From contig OX597820.1 in NCBI GenBank assembly GCA_951406725.2, forward strand, positions 39,432,001-39,496,000: a stretch of 64,000 bases of DNA, given 5' to 3'. A program made the position numbers and the translations under genes. The notes beneath the pieces were generated by a model, which saw only the letters and a program-made list of their open reading frames with translations, had not been told where the DNA came from and searched no databases. Every line of letters begins with the position of its first letter. Position 1 is the first letter of the stretch. The stretch is from Octopus vulgaris (Eukaryota). Below, one piece after another: positions 24,716 through 35,434 of the stretch.

Positions 24716-26639
24716 CATGAGTAATCGAAATGCATATAAATAGGGGTAATCCGTTCCAAGCAACATAAAGGCGAGAAACAATGTTTTATTTGCCCAGCAA
24801 TCAATAGCAAATGCATAAAGATATATATATGTAATCGTGTGTGTGTGTGTGTGCGTGTGTGTGTGTGTGAGTGTGCGTGTGTGTGCGCGCGAGGGCGTTT
24901 TTTCGCTAATGAATTATTTTTAAAGGTAGGGCGATATGTTAACAGAATCGTCCGACTCAAACCTTCCCTTCAAAACTACTGAGCATCTGCCTAAATCGGG
25001 AGTCAATACAGTGGTGTTACCCATATACAAACGGTTCTCTAAATGAACAATCTGAATAATGAAGGGTTTTGTTAGGGATTTTTTTTTTTCCGAAGAAAAT
25101 TACAACTAAACAAGCTAAAATTTAATCAACGAACTGTGAACAGGTCATACATGCGTACACGTAACTGGGAGCACATTCATTTAACGATGATAGATTTGAA
25201 CAACAACCCACGAACAGACAATGCACGTGTATAAATACTGGAAGAGCATGTAGGAACGGCACACTAAATTTTATAGCGAACAAATTTTCTGAAGACATTA
25301 CTTTCAGCTAAGCTAAAATGTTGTCAAAGTAGATAAGGGTATTTATTCCAGGTGACACCGTTCAATCTAGGGGGAATAACTTTTCTGTTAATAAATAATT
25401 CTTGGCTGCGATTTTCCATTGTTTTGGTTTACAGAGAATTTCTAAATTCCACTGCAATTATGAACTCGGTTCTAGTATATAACTTGGCATTTTTGCCTGT
25501 ATTTCTTTCCATATTTCTACCAAATAATTTATTCGGACCAACTATTGGTAAGTTTTATAGAAAAACAATAATAGCCGATGAAAACAAAACAACCCAATAA
25601 CCAAAACTATTTATTTTTTTAGAAACTTTATAAATATTAACTATTTCAAATAATGTCTTTAATCTCCTTTTGTAAAGGCATTAGTGTTACTACTTCCTAT
25701 CTCGTAGTACCTAAACATATCCTGTTTTTGCTAGAAGTTATGTTGATTTTTTTTTTATGTTTGTTTTTGTTATTTGACAATTTACGATAAATATTTATAT
25801 GTATATAGGTATTCTGAATAACAGCTATTGTGTGGCTGCTAGAAAAAAAAAACATAAAGGGATTCTATATTTTATGCGAAGGTAAATTATGCTATTCGTG
25901 CGTTTTCTAAAGGAAAAAAGTTGGGGATAGTGGAATGTAGTATCTTCGGGTGGAGTTTGGGTTGAGCTGTCCTTCGAAGTCAAATACCTTATGAGAAAAG
26001 AAAGAGTACGGAGATAGACGTCAAAAATGCAAACAATTAAAATTTTGAGATTTATTTTGTATTTTTTTCCAGAATCGTAACTTTGTGTAGAAAAAATATT
26101 ATAGAACAAAAACTACAATTTTCCTTTCTGTTAGGTGTGGGACTTCGAAGGGCTCCAAATCTCTACCATCGCTTTTATTAAGAATTTAAACCGTATCGCT
26201 GATTAATCTTGCCATAGTAGTGACCACTTCCTGCCCAGTGACCCATGCTAAAGCGATTATCATTGTAAATTATTCTCGCTAATTGTTTATTCTCGTAATT
26301 ATCACAAATATCTGTCCAGCAGCCCACACTAAGACGATTATCGTTGTTAATTATTCTCGCTAATTGCTTTATATTATAATTATCACAAATGACTATCACT
26401 TTACTTTAAGTTCGAAAGAAATTAAAGTCTTATATTCCTACAAATGTGGCAATCGTTATAGAGTTGAGGGGGTGATAAAGATATATTGTGTCGTGATTTC
26501 GATTTTTGGCCCCTAAAGCATGAATGTTTACATATCATATATATATATATATATATATAAAGCCATTGTTCTATTCTTGTTTTCTTCTTAACTGCTATTT
26601 GGTGTAAATGCTACAAAGAAAAGTATCCAAAGTTAATCA

Positions 26640-27005
26640 TAGGCGCAGGAGTGGCTGTGTGGTAAGTAGCTTGCTTACCAACCACATGGTTCCAGGTTCG
26701 GTCCCACTGCATGGCTTCTACTATAGCCTCGGGCCGACCAAGGCCTTGTGAGTGGATTTGGTAGACAGAAACTGAAAGAAGCCCGTCGTATATATGCATA
26801 TATATGTGTGTCTGTGTTTGTCCCCCAACATCGCTTGACAAGTGATGCTGGTGTGTTTACGTCCCTGTAACTTAGCGGTTCGGCAAAAGAGACCAATAGA
26901 ATAAGTACTAGGCTTACAAAGAATAAGTCCTGGGGTCGATTTGCTTGGCTAATGGCGGTGCTCCAGCATGGCTACAGTCAAATGACTGAGACATGTAAAA
27001 AAGAG

Positions 27006-27006
<1 letters not shown>
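26640..27006 (+). mobile_element. SINE family A (internal deletion)
   Basis: Matches 19155-19607 but lacks part of the body. Confidence 0.88.
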
Positions 27007-27036
<30 letters not shown>

Positions 27037-27501
27037 GTGATTGGTATTTCTGGACAAATAGTAGTCACAGGCATAGTCATTGCGGTTAAGCATGGAATAA
27101 ACAAACTGCATCTGTTGTTTGTTAGCTGTGGAGACACTACATCCTTCAAAACTTCCATGCTTCCTGAAATTCATCAACGCTACATCTGATGTCCCTCACC
27201 TCAGTTTTTTTTTTTAAGACTTATTTATTGTTTGCTTCCTGTGCATATTTTATGTACTGTTCATGCAATTTTAGTTACTTTTTCTGAGAAGTTGTAGTGC
27301 ACCTGAGCATTGTATACAATAAATTCATTACCTCCACCTTAACCAAGGCAGAGTTATTGTTTTCAGTCATGTTTGTTTGTCCATGGACAAGATGTCTCAA
27401 GAACTGCTGGATGGATTCAGATGAAACTTCCAGGGATGTTTGGCCTCATGACTGACACAAACTGATTAGATTTTGGGATTGATCCAGTACCAGACAAAGA
27501 T

Positions 27502-27647
27502 AGTAAAAGTGTATATATACAGTGAGAACAAAGGTGGAATTGTTCAGGATATGTAGTGCCATAAATTTCTATGTATAAAGAAATTTATGGCACTACATAT
27601 CCTGAACAATTCCACCTTTGTTCTCACTGTATATATACACTTTTACT
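27502..27647. repeat. Perfect 69-bp inverted repeat, 8-nt loop
   Basis: 27502-27570 is the reverse complement of 27579-27647. Confidence 0.9.
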
Positions 27648-28165
27648 TTTTTACTTGTTTCAGTCATTTTGACTGCAGCTATGCTGGGNNNNNNNNNNNN
27701 NNNNNNNNNNNNNNNNNNNNNNNNNNNNNNNNNNNNNNNNNNNNNNNNNNNNNNNNNNNNNNNNNNNNNNNNNNNNNNNNNNNNNNNNTTGTTTCAGTCA
27801 TTTTGACTGCAGCTATGCTGGGGCACCGCTTTTAGTTGAGCGAATCGGTCCCAGGACTTATTCTTTGTAAGCCTAGTACTTATTCTATTGGTCTCTTTTG
27901 CCAAACCGCTAAGTTACGGGAACGTAAACACACCAGCATTGGTTGTCAAGCGATGTTGGGACACACACACACAAACATACATACATATATATATATATAT
28001 ACGACGGGGTTCTTTCAGTTTCTGCCTACCAAATCCACTCACAAAGCTTTGGTCGGCCCGAGGCTATAGTAGAAGACACTAGCCCAAGGTGCCACACAGT
28101 GGGACTGAATCCGGAACTATGTGGTTGGTAAGCAAGCTAGTTACCACACAGCCACTTCCGCACCT
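27640..28165 (-). mobile_element. SINE family A interrupted by an assembly gap
   Basis: Family A sequence either side of the N run. Confidence 0.85.
27689..27788. other. 100-N scaffold gap with overlapping flanks
   Basis: TTGTTTCAGTCATTTTGACTGCAGCTATGCTGGG occurs on both sides of the gap. Confidence 0.95.
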
Positions 28166-29159
28166 ATCATCAATTATCATCATAAAATAGCTCTTCTTGT
28201 CAGCTCCCCACTATCTATATTAATGAAAGCGAAATTCTGTCTGTCCATTTGGGAACCCAGTATCTCAGTCTACATTTGCTCTACATAGATATATTGTAGC
28301 TTTTTGGAATCAGGATGATCCTGGGATTGAAAATTTGCCCTTCATGTGGTTCTTGAAGATCTGATTTAAAAGCATTTGGGTTGCTATTTGTAGCAGATAA
28401 AGCTTGTTTGATTCAAGCCATCTTGATTGGCATTTGCCAGATGACTCCAGTGATCAAGGAGAGATAAATGGCATTGGCTTTGTTACTTTTATGTTGAGAT
28501 AAAATCTTTGGAACAAATTGACCAACAGCTCGAATTCAACTTGGGACTAGAATAATGGAATGATTGCATTACAGAATTAATTTTCATCTGTCCTTAACCT
28601 CTGACTAAACTGCTGGGGCATATAGTCATGCTATGTAGCTCTCTTTAGTTTGGGGCCACAGGCTCAATTATCTTTCCACAGGAGCCAACTTAAAAGTCTG
28701 CACAGAGTGCCGCTTTTAAACTTGTTCTTAATTATAAGAACTAAATCAACCACAGACTTATTCAAAACATAACCTCTAAAATAGGGCATTCATTTAGCTC
28801 TTTTATTATTCTTCTTTCAATTAAATCTAAATTTCAATATTTAAAATGTTTTTCCCAGTTGCACATGTCAATTCTGTCCACTACTCCCTACTCATTTACC
28901 TCTGTCCACTACTCACTTCTCATTTACCTTTACCATCCCATTTATATTCTGATCCCTGTACTTTGTGAGTATGCCCTGGCTCTTTGCCACCATCTCTCTT
29001 TTGGTTTTTTTTCTTTTTCTATCACCCTTCTCTCTCGTACTCTTGCACTTTTTCCACTCTGTCTCCTATTCTTGATCATTCTCTCTCTCTCTCTGACTGG
29101 ATAACCATGTAGCTCCTCCAAAGCAAGATACTTATTTCCATCCCTCTGTCACAATCTAA

Positions 29160-29540
29160 CCTCTCTTCACTTGGCACAAGGCCACCTTCTCCAGTGCCCC
29201 CACCCCTCTCAAAGGACCTTTGTCTTGTGAGTTACTTAGTGACCCTGCCAGTGCTGGTGCCACATAAAAAGCATTCGGTCTACACTGAATTGGTCGTTGT
29301 TTAGAAGCGTATCCAACTAAAAACCATGCCAAAACAGACCTCACCAGTGCTGGTGCCACATAAAAAGCACTGTCCACTCTATAGAGTGGTTAATGTAGGA
29401 AATGGCTTCTATCTGTAAAAGTCATGCTAAAACAGACAGTGCTGCTTGGTGCAGTCTTCTGGCTTGCCAGCTCCTGTCAAACTGTCTAACCCATGCCAGC
29501 ATGAAAAACAGACGTTAAATGATGATTATGAAGATTATGT
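29160..29540 (+). mobile_element. SINE-like family C (ends GACGTTAAA(TGA)n)
   Basis: Shares TGCCAC.TAAAAAGCA repeats and tail with 41398-41810, 45368-45725, 56590-57635 and 62900-63160. Confidence 0.75.
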
Positions 29541-30073
29541 AACAAGAAAGGTGAACAGTACACACCCTTGGTAGAGCCCGACACTCCTGTTGAATAGTTT
29601 CAGTTTAGCACCATTTATCCAAATACAAATGCTAGAGCATTTGTATAAATACTTCAAGGCAACAAGAAACTGTCTACTGATCCATTATTCCTGCAGACCC
29701 TTCCACAATGTGTCTTTGAAGTAATATTATTTGAGAGAGTCATAGCTTGGAGATCAGAAAGGCACTTCAAGTAGAGTCATTACTTCTTCGAATTGAGAAG
29801 TCACAGGTCTGATACTCTGGACATGTGGTAAGAATGACCCTGGAAAAAAAATCACTGAACAGGTTTTACAGGTAAAGCCAAACAGCTAGAAACCTAGGGG
29901 TAGACCATGAACAAGATGGTTGTATAACATCCATGAGCTTGGTTGGTCTCACCTGGGGACCCAGCCAGATCAATTGGAGATGGTTGCTTCTGACAGGACC
30001 CAATGGAAGGCATACTTGAGGACTTTGTCCCAACAGCCCTCTCAGGAATAAGTGGGCAAAGATGAGATGAGAT
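29540..30073 (+). mobile_element. RTE-like LINE 3' end with inverted 5' piece
   Basis: 29540-29715 (minus) reads VGLYQGCVL; 29720-30060 (plus) reads GHVVRM and KPRGRP.TRW. Confidence 0.6.
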
Positions 30074-30922
30074 TATGTTTTTCTATATTTTATTGCTGGT
30101 ATTTCATGTATAACTGTTTGCATAAGTTGTTCACGGTTATACTATTTATAATAATAAGTCTCAATTTTTGTGGATAACTCTAGATTTGACTGTTTGTTAA
30201 AAGAGAACATTGACTTCATATATATGGAAACTCTTTGTCAATAAAAGAAGCAACTTCTCATATTGTACATCTGTTTATCAATTCATGTCACTAATTGTTG
30301 TTGAGAAAGTCTGATCATCTCTTGAAAGTAAGCCTTTAGCATGAAGATATTGAATGAAATGTTTCTATCTTTGAGCTTCCTATATTTATTTTAGTTTTTT
30401 GTTTTAATCTTCAGAGGTCCTCATCATCCTTAAATGTCTGGCTTCCATGCTGTCATGGGTTGACTGTTCAACAGGATCTGACCAGTCAGTGGACTGCATT
30501 ACTCTCTACTGACTACCTTAGCATGGTCATTACAGCTGGATGCCCTTCGTAACAGCAACCACTTTACAAAGTGTATTGGATGCTTTTTTTTTTTCTTTTT
30601 TCTTTCTGTGACTAATGATTATTGGTTCAGATCACATGTTTGTGATTTAGAAATTCTGACCACTTGTTCATATACTTTATAACATGGAATTATTGAATGA
30701 AATGTTCCTAGCTCTGAATAGCCCATCTTTATTTGGGGCATTTTATTTCCTCTTATTCATCATTCTCATTTAATATCTGGTTTCTGTACTGACATAAATT
30801 GGACAGTTCAACAGGATCTGAGTAATCAGAGGGCTGCATTTTATTCCAATATCTACTTTGTTGTGGTTTCTATAGCTGGAACCCTTCCTAATTTTTATTT
30901 TTTATTTACCAACTATCTATTT

Positions 30923-32146
30923 ATGCTTGTAACAGCTGTAAATATAATTATTTTTGCCTTTTTATTTTCAGTGTTTGCTCATACCAATGCAGATGATGAT
31001 ACTGATGCAGTGCCTCTTGATACCTTTGTCACGTCACGTCCTAGGGACCCACGCTCTGCTGTACCTGAAAAATTTTACAACGCACCACAAAATTGTAATC
31101 CACATCCATATATGTATCTTATTAACCCTTCTACATTGTGTGTCCATAAAGATGAGGTATTCCTCTTAATTCTTGTTCGCACAATTTTTTCACAATTTGA
31201 GCGTCGGATGGCAATTCGAGAGACGTGGGGAGACAAGAAAAATTTCCGCAACGTCAGTGTGGTAGTAGCCTTCCTCTTTGGTAGAGACCAAGACCTTCAC
31301 TTACAACCATCTATTCATCGTGAAAGTGAGATTTATAAGGATATCATCCAGGAAGATTTTATTGAATCGTATGATAATTTAACACTCAAAACTGTTATGG
31401 CCTGGAAGTGGGCAAGGCTCTATTGTCTACATGCCACCTTTGTTATGGTGATGAATGATGAAATGTTTGTGGATATTTTCAAGTTGATTCCTTACTTACG
31501 TCAGATATCTCTGAAATCTGAATATGTTGACCATTTTGCCTTGTGTTACTACTTCCCTTGTTGTGACTTAGTGTATCGCAGGGGCAAATATGCTGCTGCT
31601 AACTACTCCAGTACAGCATATCCTGAGTACTGTTCGGGTGTCGCCTATGCAGCATCTATGAAAGTCATCAATCAACTTTATCTCATGTCTATCGACACAC
31701 CAATGTTCATGCCAGATGATGCCTGGATAGGAGTCCTTGCTGAGAAACTTCGTCTGAAATTCATTGACACCGATTATGTTTTTGAGGGTATTTCTGTCAA
31801 AAATGGCATACTGAAGAAGTTTATGAATCCTGACTATCTTGGCAGTGCAACCATGATTGCAGTGTTGGACTATGTATTTCCTAACAAAGAGGCTGTCATC
31901 ATTCGTCACTTGTGGCGTCTTGTTCTCGATCATCACCGGAAGTCTTTCTTACGTAATCAAGTGGCAGTCAAAAAGATGAATTTAAATACTGACTGGGAGA
32001 TACTCGAAGCAAACAATGTCTTTTATTTGGTTGCCTATATGATGTTTGTTGATGTGTTTGTTGTTGGGATCATCTTATGCTTATTGTTTTATCGAAGAAA
32101 AATCAAATTAGGCTGCAAAGCATCATACCAGTGTCTGAATTACTGA
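30923..32146 (+). CDS. GT31-family beta-1,3-galactosyl/GlcNAc-transferase-like protein with C-terminal TM helix
   Basis: Uninterrupted 407-codon frame with FLLILV, RRMAIRETWG, ESEIYKDIIQEDFIESYDNLTLKT, WARLYC, YPEYCSG and DDAWIG. Start is either ATG 30923 (signal peptide) or a splice acceptor with exon start at 30972. Confidence 0.9.
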   Translation: MLVTAVNIIIFAFLFSVFAHTNADDDTDAVPLDTFVTSRPRDPRSAVPEKFYNAPQNCNPHPYMYLINPSTLCVHKDEVFLLILVRTIFSQFERRMAIRETWGDKKNFRNVSVVVAFLFGRDQDLHLQPSIHRESEIYKDIIQEDFIESYDNLTLKTVMAWKWARLYCLHATFVMVMNDEMFVDIFKLIPYLRQISLKSEYVDHFALCYYFPCCDLVYRRGKYAAANYSSTAYPEYCSGVAYAASMKVINQLYLMSIDTPMFMPDDAWIGVLAEKLRLKFIDTDYVFEGISVKNGILKKFMNPDYLGSATMIAVLDYVFPNKEAVIIRHLWRLVLDHHRKSFLRNQVAVKKMNLNTDWEILEANNVFYLVAYMMFVDVFVVGIILCLLFYRRKIKLGCKASYQCLNY

Positions 32147-32886
32147 CAGTTTCTTTATAAATCCTTCCACTCTCTACAGAAGTTCCATAATACAACCAAG
32201 AAGTTTTGTACTTCAGTATATTATGGGTGTACTATATTTTATGGCATACAAGTCACTGTAGTATATAGTGTAGACATGTAGTGTAAACATTCAAATGTCT
32301 TCACTATCTTTTCAAATATTGCTGCATTTCACACGGAAATTTTGGTCCTCCTGAGATATCTTGGTGTATAAGTTGACTTACCCTTTTTCGGCTGTAAACT
32401 TAAATCTGAAAGATTCAACTTGTATGCTGGAAAATACAGTAGGTGTTTGGAGAGAAAAATTAACCAGGACTAAAAGGAGATGCAAATGTTTAATACTTTT
32501 TTCTATTTTTATTAAGAACACATACTAAAATATGTGGAGTAATTTATTTTTTCATGCTTGGTAGCTGTTTAGTTTATGTTTATGTTTTCCAGTTTCAGCT
32601 CTTGAGCTGTGGCCATGCTGGGGCATAATATTTGTAATTGTTTTGTTTCATTTCACCTTATTCAACTTGACATCATTTCCTGTCATTCTAGGGCAAGAGT
32701 TGAAGGAAAGTTCCTTGAATATTTAGGCCATAAACTGGCTTAATCATAGAATCCAACAATCTGATATGGTCTGATTCCAAAAAGCTGGCAGGCCATATTT
32801 ACATATATATACATATAGATATACATACATTCACACAAGTAATACATACATATGTACATGCATACACACACACTCACACACACACC

Positions 32887-33322
32887 CGAGGTGTGCTGCA
32901 AAGTTTCTGTCTTTGGGTAAAAGAAAATACAAGAGGATCGGCTAATTATTAGTTATTTATTTAACATATTTCTCTCTCAGATTCACACACTTATTGCAGA
33001 GGTCCTTCAGTTTTTCTAAGCCCTGTAAAAGAACTTGGAAGGCTGGGCCTCCAACCAGACCTTTCACAATATCCTTAACCCTTTCGTTACTGTATTTATT
33101 TTGAGATGTATTGTGTTTCTTTCAATTAATTTTAAATAGAACAAAGAATTTAGTAAAGTAACTTAGTTATCATTCAACTAGTGTTAGGAACATAAATTTT
33201 GACTAAGGTTTGGTGGAAGATTTTTAATTCAAAACTTATGAAAACAAGACATTTGTACTTCAGAGTCAGAGCCGGGTTGGTAATGAAAGGGTTAAAGCCA
33301 GGAACTTTTCAGCACTCCCTTG
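32887..33322 (-). mobile_element. Mariner-derived MITE hosting a piggyBac-type MITE
   Basis: Inverted homolog of 18306-18523 with an insertion at TTAA. Confidence 0.8.
33079..33291. mobile_element. piggyBac-type MITE
   Basis: TTAA|CCCTTTCGTTAC...GTAATGAAAGGG|TTAA; second copy at 45087-45308. Confidence 0.88.
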
Positions 33323-33348
33323 TGTATTTGTATATGTATATATATATA

Positions 33349-34000
33349 TATTACATACATATAAGAGGGAATTTTACCACTATGTGGAAACCCTTATGCT
33401 AGAAGAAGATACGCTATGGTCTTAACCACTAAGAAGATCTACAGATAAATTATGTAAGTAAAATTATGTAATTTGTTGATAGTGAAACAATTGTTTATGA
33501 TTAATCTATATTTTTGTTACTTTTCATTTATCTCGCTCGCTTACATTTCTGGTGCTTGCTAAATTTTCTAGAGAACAATTCTTAGTGGTTAAGACCATAG
33601 CGGATCTTCCTCTAGCATAAGGGTTTCCACATAGTAGTAAAATTCCCTCTTATATGTATGTAATACTATTTACTGAACATCAGTTTTTTATATGCTAGAC
33701 CACTGGTGTTAAAATTGATGTTATCAAATTAATATCAATTTTTCACCCTCATTTTAATTTTAATTATATACAATATATTATTTTTGTAATTTACTTAATC
33801 TTTACTTTTTAATTGTTATTTTAATTTTAACTTTCCTATTTATGTAATTTTCTAGATGGTGTAATTTAATTATTCATTTTGAATTGATAAAAGGTGGCTT
33901 TTTTCTAATATTTTATATATATTATATTTTGGAATTTGATTTAGTATTTCTAAATTGAATTCTTTTTCCTTGTAAGTTTGGATTTTTTTCCCTCAAATAA

Positions 34001-34005
<5 letters not shown>
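33349..34005. mobile_element. Foldback AT-rich repeat in (TA)n (probably Penelope-derived)
   Basis: ~87-bp inverted arms 33349-33435/33579-33665; shares sequence with 10309-10495. Confidence 0.65.
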
Positions 34006-34069
<64 letters not shown>

Positions 34070-35434
34070 ATGTGTATGCATTTGTCACTTCACGAAAAAA
34101 AATGTACCCTGTCCATCTAATTGCACAGTTCACTGAAATATTTCAGATTGTTGAAATGAGGACTAACTTCCTCATGTACATGTGTGTATGTACATATATA
34201 TCACATCCAGTTGGATCCCATTCATCTGGTTTCTCCTTACTTCCTTGTACCCCTATCATCATCTCTACATTACAGTTTTCTTTTAAAATTGTGTGTGCAT
34301 ATGCATCTGTATATCTATCTATTTCTCCCTCCTCTTTCTCTCTCTCCTCTCATATATATATAACACAAATTGTATTTCCTACAATCTTATCTCTTCCCTT
34401 ACATCACTAACGCTTTTCAGGAAACCATGAACATCACACTGTCTCATTTCACTTCTCATACAGAACTAAACTCTTATCTCATTTAAAATATAAATTTTTC
34501 ATATTTTATAATCCTTCACTGTTCATTATGAATATTTGTATCATATTTTTGCATTTTTTGTATTTAAATTTTAAAATTTTTACCATAATTTTTAAATCCT
34601 AGCACATTACATATATTTATATGTGTGTGCATGTATGTATATATGTGTATGTATGTGTATATATATGTGTGTGCATGTATGTATGTATATATGTGTATGT
34701 ATGTGTATATATATGTGTGTGTGTGTGTACATATAAGCATACATACATATGTATGTTTTTATATATTCATATCTATAATAATATATAGCTATGCATATAC
34801 AGACATACACACATTTATAGACATATATACTTATATATACACACATATATACAAACACACACACACATACACATACATATGTATATACATATAAATATAC
34901 ACATATACATTTATACACACATACATACACACACATGGACATACATATGTGCACACACACAACACATACACATGCATATACATTTGTTTCACCTGAACAA
35001 ATGTATCTGTAAATCATCAGTTTCAAGTGGCACATGCACACACACACACACACATATTTCTTCACTCACTCTACCAAGTTTTCTATACTACATTTGTTGT
35101 CATAATGCCAACCCGGGCTTTACGCTTAACAGGAAAATACCTTCCATAAGCAAACATGGCATCATGGCATAATATCTTCTCTCTGTACTCATCAAGTCTC
35201 TTGTGTGTGACTAAACAAGTGAATGATAGCTTTATTGGAATTGTGTCTCCAATTTGAGGCATTGTTAGCTGCTGTGTTTGTCACTTCATTAACAAAAAAA
35301 TTTTACCATGTCCATTTAATTACACAGTTCATTTAAATATTTCAAATTGTTAAAATAATGACTACCTCCCCCATGTAATGGCATTCTTAAAATTTTATTA
35401 CTAATATTGTTATTATTATTATTATTATTATATT

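Noticed and set aside
24259-24960. 233-aa HTYI-repeat ORF and similar ORFs at 7.7, 12.3-13.1, 34.6 and 40.7 kb
   Set aside because: Microsatellite read-through.
27655-27822. 34-bp direct repeat across the N run
   Set aside because: Typical unmerged contig overlap rather than biology.
31568-31936. 122-aa antisense ORF within the GT31 CDS
   Set aside because: Shadow ORF with no recognisable motifs.
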